Positions 25,885 to 36,849 of a stretch of 64,000 bases of DNA are shown here, piece by piece. The position numbers and the translations under genes are program-made. Below the pieces are notes generated by a model. The model made no database searches. It was not told the DNA's origin and saw only the letters and a program-made list of their open reading frames with translations. This stretch comes from Eledone cirrhosa (taxonomy: Eukaryota): positions 212,598,001 through 212,662,000 of the forward strand of contig OZ024741.1 in the NCBI GenBank assembly GCA_964016885.1, given 5' to 3'. How positions within the stretch are numbered: position 1 is the stretch's first letter; each line of letters begins with the position of its first letter.

Positions 25885-26733
25885 AGGGTTTTGGATGGTG
25901 GTTAGGACGGAACAAAAGGAGAAAAGAAGAAAAGAGAATCCTTCGTCAGCTGTAAATATCCACGTTCAGATGTTTCGCCGCTGAATTACAGGACATATGT
26001 AGCGATCGCGAGCACCTGAGGCATTTTATTCATCAAAAGGCCAGGAGGGAAAGGAGAGAAAAAAGAAAGAAAAAGAGGGAAAAGAGAAGAAGAACAGAGT
26101 GGGATATGGTGAGGAGAGAGGAAGAAAGAGAGAAGGAAAAAAGGGAGAAAAAGGGAGAAAAAAATAGGAGAAAAATGGTGAACATCGTGGGAAAACACAG
26201 GAGAAAGAAATAAGCAAATGAGTAACCGTGGAAAAATAGGGAAAGTAAGTTGTAGCCAACTTGAGAGACTTAAGCCTGGTGGTCGGCTCCGACTTAAAGA
26301 CGGTATTAATCGTGTTGACTATCTCGACAAGAAAGAGTGAGAGAGAGACACTAGAAACCGGAAGTGAGAGGGAGAAGGGCTCTCTCTGACTTCCGGTTGC
26401 TCGCGTCGCTCTGTCACTCTTTCTTGTCTTCCCCTTTTTTCTCCATTTTTTCACTTCTCTCTTTCTTCCTCTCTACTCACCATATCAATCCCCTATTCTA
26501 CCTCTTTTCCGTCTTTTTCCTTCTCTTTTCCCTCTTTTTCTTTCTTTTTTCTCTCCTTTCTCTCTCCTTTCCCTCCTGGTCTTTTGATTAATAAAAGGCG
26601 CCAGGCGCTCCCGATCGCTACAGATGTCCTGTAATTCAGCGCCGAACCATCTGAGCGTGGATATTTGCAGCTGACGAAGGATTCTCCTTTCTTCTTTTCT
26701 CCTCTTGTTCCGTCCTAACCAACATCCTAAACC
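25885..26733. mobile_element. Diverged fold-back (inverted repeat) element, apex ~26375
   Basis: 25885-26160 matches the reverse complement of 26430-26733 (ttaggacggaacaa, ccttcgtcagctg, gctgaattacaggaca). Inner arms are gacaagaaagagtga/tcactctttcttgtc and aaccggaagt/acttccggtt. Confidence 0.75.
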
Positions 26734-26734
26734 T

Positions 26735-26924
26735 TCGGTAGAGAGTCGGACGCCATGCTTTCCAGCATAGTTACGTCCCTTTACCATGTGAGTTCAAATC
26801 CCGCCGAGGTTAATTTTGCCTTTCATCCTTACGGGGTCGATAAAATAAAGTACCACGAAAGGGATGTAACTATGCTGGAAAGCATGGCATCCGACCCTCT
26901 ACTGATACTGCCAATCCACCGCCC
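26735..26924. mobile_element. Two partial tRNA-derived SINE copies fused in opposite orientation (+ 26735-26855, - 26858-26924)
   Basis: Both match the family consensus seen elsewhere in the window (gagttcaaatcccgccgagg, ggtcgataaaataaagtacca). Confidence 0.85.
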
Positions 26925-26947
26925 TTTATATATATTATATATATATA

Positions 26948-27135
26948 TAATTGTTTCTACTTTAGGCACAAGGCCAGCAATTATCCAGTGCATTACTGGT
27001 ACTTTATTTTATCGACCCCGTAAGGATGAAAGGCAAAGTTAACCTCGGCGGGATTTGAACTCAGATCGTAAAGGGACATAACTATGCTGGAAAGCATGGC
27101 GTCCGACCCTCTACCGATACTGCCAATCCGCCGCC
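26948..27135 (-). mobile_element. tRNA-derived SINE, family A, full length (~190 bp)
   Basis: Box A-like TGGCAGTATCGG and box B GAGTTCAAATCC. About 10 copies in the window. Resembles octopod SINEs (recall). Confidence 0.9.
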
Positions 27136-27181
27136 TTTTATATTATATATTATATTATATATATATAATGATACGAAATTA

Positions 27182-27438
<257 letters not shown>

Positions 27439-27477
27439 GATATTAATAAATGGAAACTATATTTATAAAACCATATT

Positions 27478-27542
27478 TATTTCATTATACATATTTCAGG
27501 GATACAACATTAAATTATGGTATGCCTTCATCAGACAAAATA
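27478..27542 (-). ncRNA. Minimal type I hammerhead ribozyme motif (inverted copy)
   Basis: Reverse complement of 27616-27680 with one stem II change. Confidence 0.75.
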
Positions 27543-27615
27543 CAATATATAACAGTTTTACAAATAGGTTTGACGTACCCTTTAAAAGAGAACCATTCAA
27601 AACTGTTATATATTG

Positions 27616-27680
27616 TATTTTGTCTGATGAAGGCATACCATAATTTAATGTGGTATCCCTGAAATATGTATAATGAAATA
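27616..27680 (+). ncRNA. Minimal type I hammerhead ribozyme motif
   Basis: TATTTTGT-CTGATGA-AGG.ATACCA..TGGTAT.CCT-GAAA-TATGTA-TA-ATGAAATA. Stem I closes with G-U pairs and stem III is self-complementary. Confidence 0.8.
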
Positions 27681-27808
27681 AATATGGTTTTATAAATATA
27701 GTTTCCATTTATTAATATCGTATATCTACTCTAAAAATTGGCCGAGTGCTTTATATCAGTTATAAAAATATTTACTTGTTGTATCCCAACAACTTTAAAT
27801 AGAACTTT

Positions 27809-27888
<80 letters not shown>

Positions 27889-28014
27889 TATATAAATATG
27901 ATCCTTACCGAGTCCTCTTCGGATTTTGGTCTTCAGAACTATTATAACTATATATATATATATACCTTTATTCAGAATAATAATAAATGAAGACATTCAC
28001 TTAATCAAAATATA

Positions 28015-28080
28015 TGTTTTATTATATATATTTCGAAGGTACTGTGCTGTTTTTTCAGTTCGTTCTCGTCAGATAAAATA
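28015..28080 (-). ncRNA. Minimal hammerhead ribozyme motif
   Basis: TTTTAT-CTGACGA-GAA...TTC-GAAA-TATATA-TA-ATAAAA. Homologous to 43731-43797, including upstream ggtatgtcatRcatca. Confidence 0.7.
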
Positions 28081-28207
28081 CATGAATTGATGTATGACAT
28101 ACCTCAAGGGTCTTGAAGGTTCAATTCCAGTATTGGCAGAGGTGTTTTTAATCTATTGTAAAACTATATTCTTTGATTGAGTAATCAATCAACCATATTA
28201 ACTTTGG

Positions 28208-28269
<62 letters not shown>

Positions 28270-28275
<6 letters not shown>

Positions 28276-28480
28276 CTGATGAAACAATTGTTAATACGTG
28301 GATTAAATTCTTTTGTAACTGTTTACCTTCGTCCTATTTCTCTTCTTTGATTACACTCCTCGTTTCTTCGTGTTTCCACTACAGAATCCCTACCAACCTG
28401 TCGAGTCACCTTAACGTATGTTGAGAACTTTCCTCAGAACTTGTTCTACCAAGCTTTGGAATACTCCTAATAACTGAATA
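28270..28480 (+). repeat. ~210-bp arm, inverted partner of 31025-31236
   Basis: Direct comparison shows few mismatches. Both arms are bounded by (TA)n. Confidence 0.9.
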
Positions 28481-28642
28481 TATATATATATATATAAGGA
28501 TTAGAATACTGGAGCGTGTTTGAGTCAAACACCCTCTTCGTATTATAGAAATGACAGTAAAGGGTATAGCTCAATGCAGTTAAATAGAGCCGAAAAATTA
28601 AGAGAGTAAAACAAAGAATCCTTTAAAACATCAACAGTTTTT

Positions 28643-28687
28643 ATTAGCCGACAATGTTTCGTCCTATTAAGGACTCATCAGGGCAAT
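28643..28687 (-). ncRNA. Compact hammerhead ribozyme motif with GUC cleavage triplet
   Basis: ATTGCC-CTGATGA-GTCCT taat AGGAC-GAAA-CATTG-TC-GGCTAAT. Confidence 0.85.
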
Positions 28688-30535
28688 CAAAACAACAAGA
28701 GGTAATTTCGGCAGATACAAGCCAGAAACTCTGAAGAATATGGAGTTTACATACACTAATGTCTTACAAAGATATACTATAATAAAAATGAAGATAAAAA
28801 TAATAAAATTATAATAACTAAGGATGTAGATAACATTAAGAACCATATTACAAATATAGTCCAAAGTCACCAACTTAAATCTAAATCTAAACAAATTTGG
28901 TTATATAGAGCAGGAATTATATATAACACAGTATAATACATTATAATAATAATATATCTATACCAACACTGAAATTCCAAATCAAAAATCAAAAGGTACA
29001 ATATATACATGTATATATGTGCGCACACACACACACACATATTACAATACACATATCTATTTTCTATTACACAGAAATTAAGCCCTATTGGAAGTTTGAA
29101 CATCAAAAATATCAAAAATAAGCATGGTAATAGTGAAAATAATGCTAACACAACTACTCAATATACATGAGGCAATAATTACAAGAAACACTTATAATAA
29201 ATAATAAACAACAAAATTATATAATACAATACAATATAATAAAGTAGAATATATATATATAATCTCCGGTTAATTTACAGAAACAATATAGATGTCACAG
29301 TGAAATACAATGATAAATTGTTAACATTATATTAACAATTACCATAAGCAATATGTACAACATGATTCATACTGGGTTACATAATAAATGGGGAAATATC
29401 CATCATATAATATAATACAATAATACTAAAAAAAACTATATTGGTACAGGGAACAATCATGATGTTACAGAAAAAATATGTTGTTACAGAAAAAATATAG
29501 ACATCTAACATGATATGTAAAGTCTAAATACCATAATGTTACATATTACAATATTAAAATATTAAAATATTAAAAAATATAAAGTTTAACTATCTTAATG
29601 TTATATATAATAAACGGTAAGTAATAAGGATCTATATCATAATGTAATATATTTTAAGAATTGGCATATAATATATAAATAAATACTTATAATTTCAAGG
29701 TTAGTAGACAGACATGTGTGGATGAGTGAACGAAGCCAGACAGTGAGTGGTAAATAAAACAGATAAATACAATCAACCGGAAATTACAAAACAAAGCAAA
29801 TGTGTACACACTTAGGCCTCGCGTGCATTAAGAAATTTGGTAAACACCAAGGAAAACGATCATTTTAAATGACTCCAAACCCTATCTGATAAATTAATAT
29901 TAAAAATATCAAACCCGTCCGATAAGGTAGTATAAAATTAGCTATAGTCTAAGTCATTAAAGTATATAAACTTTAATGTATCGTTACAAATGTTTACAAA
30001 AAGGAATAAAATTACACTATCATACACGCAACGATATCTAAAAAACTGACTTAAGTAGAGTTAAGGTAGGCTAATGGGGACAGAATTGGCAAAATATATG
30101 GAGGGTGCGAAGTGGCATAAAATATATTCGATATACTATAATAAATAATAGAACGGAGCATAAAAGAGGGGGGGTTAATATAATCATATTCAATCTAGAG
30201 GGGTTGACAATAAGTTTATGCGTGCATGGGGGGGGGGGAGAAGGGGGGGGGGTCGATAGATAAATCAGAATAGACTTAGAAATAAAAATATAAATAGAAT
30301 TAAAAATAAAAATAAAAATAATGTTAAAATTAAAAATTAAAGTTAATGATAATAAAAGAATATATAAAGATAATAACGTGTGTAATCTTATTTATACTAA
30401 CAAGGTGTAATAGTGAAGACATAGATATGGTACAGTGGCCAAATGATTATGAGAGCTATAATGAAGAGTCATCAAAAACCAATGGTAACAATAGTGTTGG
30501 CAAACAAAAGAACCCAAACAAAAAACTAAGTAATG

Positions 30536-30570
<35 letters not shown>

Positions 30571-30697
30571 GAAATATATATATATATATATATATATATA
30601 TTTCTCGACATATATATATATATACATTATGAAGAGAGAAGAAACATTTAGATATAATTAGTAATAAAATGTATCATACCTAAACTGCTCCTAAATT

Positions 30698-30841
30698 CCT
30701 CGACTACGTAGTTTCGTGGCATAAACAAAAACAATATATCATAAAGATATAGAGCTCGACTACGTAGTTTCGTGGCATAAACAAAAACAATATATCATAA
30801 AGATATAGAGTCCTTGCGAGGTCTGCCGACTTATCAAGAGG
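30698..30841 (-). ncRNA. Decayed hammerhead motif with a 56-bp tandem duplication
   Basis: CCTC-TTGATAA (two changes from CTGATGA)-GTCGGCA...TGCCAC-GAAA-CTACGTAG-TC-GAG. 30699-30754 is repeated at 30755-30810. Confidence 0.55.
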
Positions 30842-31024
30842 ATACCTCATTTTACTAGTCTCAAGAACGCGTCTACACGACGTGAGAAAGAATCCCAAAA
30901 GGCGGAGGGGGAGATAGTCACGCGATATAACGGTCGAGAAACAGAGCTAAGCCTCTTATAACCCCGAAGAAAATACCACGGAGGCGGAGGGGGTATTTAT
31001 ATCGAGGCCGGGTATTTATATATA

Positions 31025-31231
31025 TATATTCAGTTATTAGGAGTATTCCAAAGCTTGGTAGAACAAGTTGTGAGGAAAGTTCTCAGCATACGTTAAGGTG
31101 ACTCGATAGGTTAGTAGGGATTCTGTAGTGGAAACACGAAGAAACGAGGAGTGTAATCAAAGAAGAGAAATAGGACGAAGGTAAACAGTTACAAAAGAAT
31201 TTAATCCACGTATTAACAATTGTTTCATCAA

Positions 31232-31236
<5 letters not shown>
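31025..31236 (-). repeat. ~210-bp arm, inverted partner of 28270-28480
   Basis: Direct comparison. Confidence 0.9.
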
Positions 31237-31303
<67 letters not shown>

Positions 31304-31304
31304 T

Positions 31305-31550
31305 CATCTAACAATTTGAAAATACAACCATTTAGACAGCTTGCTCCAGAATCTAGAACTGGCTGTTGAAACGGTAAGAGCTCAGCCGTTGGGGTCCCGA
31401 CTATTTAAGGAGTCCAGAAATCGCCGTCGAAACGGCTTGAGCTCTGCCGTCGGAGTCACACATTGTCCTATTACCCACTCTACTAGCCTAAGTATTGAGT
31501 ACTCTGGTACGTTATGGCCCATTTGGTTTCTTACCACGCCTCCTTCGTTA
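31305..31550 (+). mobile_element. Member of the GAGCTC-loop family (two tandem 3' ends plus the extension)
   Basis: gaaacgg..gagctc.gccgt occurs twice, followed by cctaagtattgagtactctgg...cttaccac. Homologous to 51870-52062 and 59930-60125. Confidence 0.7.
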
Positions 31551-32054
31551 TATATATATATAATATATATATAACTGTCTTTTATATCTGCGATCTAACT
31601 TAATCGGTCCTCAATGTTGCCATTGACTGACCGACGGTCAAAAATAATACAGATACAATATAGACACAAACACATATATATAGTTTACATAAATCTTTCG
31701 TTGCACATCTGCAACATCGTCAGTGGTGTTATATTTTTTCCTCCTGTTGTGTTGTATGTCTACGCCATTTTTTATTCAGTCTGTCTATATATTTATTTAT
31801 TTATTTGCTTGTTTGTTTATTTTATTTTGTCTTCTTTGCGCATGCGTTTGCGTGTGTGTACAGTGTTGTGTGTGCTGTGTGACTAGTGTGTATAGTGTTG
31901 TGTCTGCTGGGTGACTAGTGTGTGTTTATGTGCTTGTTGTTATTGTGCTTGTGTATGTATTTATTTATCTTATTTTATTTTATTTTATTTTATTTTATTT
32001 ATTTACTTATTTATACTTCTCTTAGGTCAGTGTTGTTTGTTTGGGTGTTGTTGT

Positions 32055-33446
32055 TGTTCCACTCATTCTTTCTGTTTAGCTTTGGTCTTCTAATTTCTAT
32101 TTCACTGGCCTCTCTGATTTGCCTATCTGCTGGGTCATAGGAATGACCCAGCAGATAGGCAAATCATTAGGCAAATGATTAGATATTATTATTATTAGAT
32201 AGGCAAATGTTTAGATATTATTCTAATTTCTATGTTGTCTATGTTACCGTCATGTTGTTGTCTAGCATGTTCGTATAGTACTGACCCGTTTTTTTCGTCC
32301 TTTTAGTTCCCCCCAGTGTTGGTCTATCCTTTCACCTATGCTACGAGCTGTCTCACCTATGTATGTTGTTGTCATGTTTCTGCAAGTACCCTCTGTACAT
32401 CTTATGCTATAGACTACGTTTCTAGTAGTTTTACAGTTTATCCGGGGGTTCACCTTACATATGATACATTTCCTATTGGTACAGTGGGTTTTCTTAAAAA
32501 GGTAGGTTTTGCTGATCAGGGATTTTATGGTGGTTCATGGCTTTTCTAGAACCTTTATTTTTAAGTGGGTCTTTCTCAGGGCCTTTCTACACTGGTTAGC
32601 TAATTTCCCTCCAGGGGTGGCGTCCACAAACATGACACTCTGATATCTCTGGTTGTCGTACCATGATGTGGCCTTCCCTATCTTATGTCTAGCCCTATCT
32701 AAGCTAATCCATGATTTGCTCCTGTATAGTGGGAAAATTCCTTTCATGTCCAGTTCTATGAGGGTCTTATACTTGTCCATGGCTCCTTCGTATACTCTGA
32801 CTCTGTCTCTTTGGTTGTAGCCAGAGAACTGCATGCGGTTGATGAAGTGTTGGATGTGTCTTTCCATTTCTGTTGGGTCGCACATGCTGGACACATTCTT
32901 CATCACTCGTACCAAATCTGCGATCAGAATATTAAACTTAGCACTACTGGACATTGCTGAGTTTTTGAGTATCAGGTATTTGGAGGCCATGGGTTTAGCA
33001 TAGTGTGAGTGGAGAATTTGGGCTCTCTCGTCTATAGTGTTAATCCAGAGTTCTGTGTCTAATACAGGTAGTCTATTGTTAGGGTGTTTGGAAGGGAAGT
33101 CGATAGTTACAGTTATACTCTGGTGTATGGAATTAGCTATCGGCTGGATGCTTTCCATCGTGCTACGTTCTAAATCAAACTTGTTAGTGCTCTCTAGTGG
33201 GGGTGTTCTTATAACTATATTGATATCGTCTACATAACGAGAGTACATGATGAGGTCTATGGAGCTTTCATTAAGGAGATCTTTAAGTCTCCTTTCCCAC
33301 CATACCATGAAAAGGTTGGCAACATCACCAGCTATGCTGACGCCGATGGCTGCTCCCTCATTTTGGGTGTAGATTTTCTCATTGAACTTAAATATGTGGC
33401 CCTTTAGGGTAGTTTTGATACTAGCCCCTATTGCATGTGCGACCAT
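32055..33446 (-). pseudogene. PLE reverse transcriptase C-terminal half plus GIY-YIG endonuclease, disrupted
   Basis: YTQNEGAAIG, RYVDD, LPVLD and HYAKP motifs, then an in-frame TGA at 32537-32535 (EKP*). Followed by a Cys-rich linker, NVVYSIRC...YIGETAR..ER..QH, a frameshift, and the C-terminal RQIREA...LNRKNEW. Confidence 0.93.
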
Positions 33447-33570
33447 TTTTCTTACCTGATCAGTGCTTTGGGGGAGGTTATGGTGGGGGTCTACCTCTTA
33501 TAAATAAATATATAGACAGACTGAATAAAAAATGGCGTAGACATACAACACAACAGGAGGAAAAAATATA

Positions 33571-33622
33571 TCACCACTGACGATGTTGCAGATGTGCAAC
33601 GAAAGATTTATGTAAACTATAT
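33571..33622 (+). ncRNA. Hammerhead-like motif in the PLE terminal repeat (mirror copy at ~31680-31728, minus strand)
   Basis: CTGACGA-T-GTTGCA gatg TGCAAC-GAAA. Stem II is perfect with one extra U. Stems I and III are ambiguous. Confidence 0.45.
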
Positions 33623-33855
33623 ATATGTGTTTGTGTCTATATTGTAACTGTATTATTTTTGACCGTCGGTCAGTCAATGGCAACATTGAGGACCGATTAA
33701 GTTAGATCGCAGATATAAAAGACAGCGAGAAGCGAAAACCAACCAAACAGTGAGTGTGTTCTGTTATTAATTCTGGCAATATTACACAAATATGACCCTC
33801 CCCAAGTATAACAATATTTGTTTCGACACACGATTTCATATAAAAAACCTCGCTA

Positions 33856-33904
<49 letters not shown>

Positions 33905-33921
<17 letters not shown>

Positions 33922-34225
33922 AGAAGTTCTATTTAATTTCTCGGGTTACAACAAGAACATATCTTTATAACTAATATAAAGCATTCAACTTTAGAAATTA
34001 TTGTACAAATTATTACAAATTATTGGAGTAAAAATACGATATATACGACCATTTCTGTTGGAAGCTGTATGGAATGGTATATCAATATTTATTTATAAAA
34101 CTGCTCTATATTATATTTAATCTGATGAAATCACACCATTATTTTACTTGGTGTCCTTGAAATATGTATAATGAAATAAATATGGTTTTATAAATATAGT
34201 TTCCATTTGTTAATATATCGTATAT
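33905..34225 (+). mobile_element. Relative of the 27433-27810 element: cap, very short inversion, 3' end with hammerhead at 34114-34178
   Basis: Cap aagttctatttaa..acaacaag..tttataact.atataaagca matches the reverse complement of 27740-27810. The 3' end gaaatatgtataatgaaataaatatggttttataaatatagtttccattt is shared. Confidence 0.8.
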
Positions 34226-34364
34226 ATATATATATATATATATGTTTGCTGAAAATTTAAAGTAAGTGAGACTGTCACTACTCTAAAACAATAGCGTAAG
34301 GTGTTCGAAATGCTTTTAATTAAGCATACAGTGTATTGCAAAATACACTATATATACATATATA

Positions 34365-34565
34365 TATTGTTATACTTGGGGAGGGTCATATTTGTGTAAT
34401 ATTGCCAGAATTAATCACTGGTTGGTTGGTTGGTTTTCGCTTTTCGCTTCTGTGTCTATTATATCGGTAATCTAATTTATTCGGTCCTCAATGTTGCCAT
34501 TGACTGACCAATGGTCAAATATAATACAGATACAATATAGACACAAACACATATATATAGTTTAT
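34365..34565 (-). mobile_element. Orphan copy of the PLE 3' end plus extension (reverse complement of ~33615-33817)
   Basis: Shares ggtcatatttgtgtaatattgccagaattaat and cggtcctcaatgttgccattgactgacc. TA flanks. Confidence 0.85.
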
Positions 34566-34860
34566 ATATATATATAATATTAATAGTAATATCAGTGTTG
34601 CTATTATTGGGTGGAATGGCTCGATGCAATGAGGTTTACACAGAGCTGATATATAAAGATTAAGTTTAACACCAAAGAGTCATTATGCTATAAAACTAAC
34701 ACATGTTTCAGCAGGTCGAGCTCTATCCCTCGGATGTCAAGTTTCAAAATCAGAAATTTTATAATTTTTTAGGAAAATATTTTTCAAAAAAATGATTATC
34801 CAAATTTCCTTCCGTTTTGGGGTCTATTCTCGATGGCCGCCGTATAGGCATAAGGCAATG

Positions 34861-34919
<59 letters not shown>

Positions 34920-35526
34920 TGGTCCAGCTGATTACCACACTTTCTTCGTTATATATATATATACTTAGAAAGTAAGCAACACAAAATATAACTACTCCTT
35001 CACTAAAGGTTTCTGGATCACAGAAGTAGTTATATATTTTGGAGTAGTTATAATTTGTGTGGTTCACGTTCTATTTAAATAGCTCTGTTCTATAAATAGA
35101 GCACTCTTTTTCCTTCCTTTGCCTTTCCTTTGGAATTACCTAATATATATATATATATAAACAGTATATATATGTGCGTGTGTGTGTGTGTGTGTGTGCG
35201 TGTGTGTGTGTACATTACCGCTGTAAATTGTGTAAACTGAAGCATTCACTCAGTGTGCACTTTACAATGTTTGTACAACTAGTTTCTGGGATAGGTTTCA
35301 TTCTCTAACATAACTGAGTTGAATGAGTATATTATATAGGAATGCTACTTGGGAAAGTTAAAAGAACACCTATTTGTTATTAGGAGCTATCACAACTACC
35401 ACGTTCAATAGTGATCTAATCGATAAAACATAAGCTTCGTTCGGGAGGAGATTCGGTATAATAGAATTAATCAATTTATCTGTTTTTATCGAAAAGCATT
35501 AACACGACTGAAAGGTAATTGCATAC

Positions 35527-35586
35527 TTGGGAATAGGATGTGGAATAACCAATCGAACTATTTGAATTGTCTGCCAATGATAGGTC
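35527..35586 (-). CDS. Candidate 60-nt phase 0-0 exon (DLSLADNSNSSIGYSTSYSQ)
   Basis: acacag|GAC ... CAA|gtatgc. In phase with the 24417 acceptor, but the pyrimidine tract is weak. Confidence 0.2.
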
Positions 35587-35639
35587 CTGTGTCCACACAT
35601 TATCGATAGATGTGTCAGAACACATAATGAGGAGGAAGG

Positions 35640-35860
35640 GATAATGATGATGATAATGATGAGGGTGAAAGAGATGGGGTGGAGATGATGATGGTGATGA
35701 GATGATGATGATGACGATGGAGATGAAGATGGAAGAAGAAGAAGAAGAAGAAGAAGAAGAAGAAGAAGAAGAAGAAGAAGAAGAAGAAGAAGAAGAAGAA
35801 GAAGAAGAAAATGAAGAAGAAAAAGAAGAAAATGAAGAAAATGAAGAAGAAAAAAAGAAA
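35640..35860. repeat. (GAT)n then (GAA)n microsatellite
   Basis: Directly visible. Confidence 0.95.
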
Positions 35861-36351
35861 GACAAAAGAAGAGTGAGAACGTATAGATAGAATTGATGAG
35901 AGTTCAAACATAAAACAGACAGTGTAAAAAACAAAAACAAAAAAACAAACAAAACAAAGAAAAGAAAAGAAATAAAAAAAAACACAAAAAGGAAGGAAAA
36001 TAACAACACAACAGAAAATACAAGACTATATCAAATATAAATGTTGATGTAGATGTAGTTTTACTTCCGATGTTAAACGTAAAAATGTAATTTGTATGTC
36101 AAAATAACTTGAAAGTATGTGACGGCCATTGTTGAGAAAGAGCATTAAGCTCGAAATCAAGTGCAGAAATAATTTGTGGATATTTATTTTCTACGATCCA
36201 CTGACATTTTTGTTTTGTCATGTTTATTTTGTTTGATTTCCGTTTTTATTTTTTTATTTTTCTTCAATTGTTAGTTTCGAGTTTCGATTTCACGTTTCCG
36301 AGATGTTATTTGTTTCCGAGAAAAAATATCTAGGTAAAGTATATATATTAA

Positions 36352-36739
36352 TAATTGCTTCTACTATTGGCCAGCAATTGCCCCAGTGTATTACTGGTAC
36401 TTTATTTTATCGACCCCGGAAGGATAAAAGGCAAAGTTAACCTCGGCGGGATTTGAACTCAGATCATGAAGGGGCGTAACTCTATGCTGGAAGGCATGGC
36501 GTCCGATACTCTACCGATACTGCTAAATCACCGCCCAAAGTATATATATTAATAATATATTAATTGTTTCTACTTTTGGCACAAGGCCAGCAATTACCCA
36601 GTACATTACTGGTACTTTATTTTATCGACCCCGTAAGGATGAAAGGCAAAGTCAACCTCGGTGGGATTTGAACTCAGATCGTAAAGGGACATAACTATGC
36701 TGGAAAGCATGGCGTCCGACTCTCTACTGATACTGCCAA
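36352..36739 (-). mobile_element. Two tandem family A SINEs (36352-36536, 36561-36739)
   Basis: Match to 26948-27135. Confidence 0.9.
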
Positions 36740-36849
36740 TATTAATAATAAACAGGAAGAATTCAAACACCTAATGTGCTTTGGTAAACATAAATACATG
36801 CATAGTATATATATATATATATGTGTCCATGGTATATACATATAAGTGT

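Larger units (their letters stand above)
31575..33860 (-). mobile_element. 5'-truncated Penelope-like retroelement with inverted terminal repeat (31575-31800 vs 33497-33725) and cap 33726-33860
   Basis: RT and GIY-YIG coding remnants, a ~225-bp inverted repeat, and (TA)n flanks. Confidence 0.92.

Noticed and set aside
27450-27708. Twin METIFIKP ORFs on opposite strands
   Set aside because: A consequence of the inverted repeat. Similar twins (31614/33498, 58159/58751) likewise reflect repeats.
30346-30651. ORF with a signal-peptide-like start
   Set aside because: AT-rich, runs into (TA)n and has no splice or homology support.
32535-32537. In-frame TGA as selenocysteine (reported for some Naiad PLEs)
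   Set aside because: It falls where Gly (GGA) is expected in EKPG rather than at a Cys, and the copy has other lesions.
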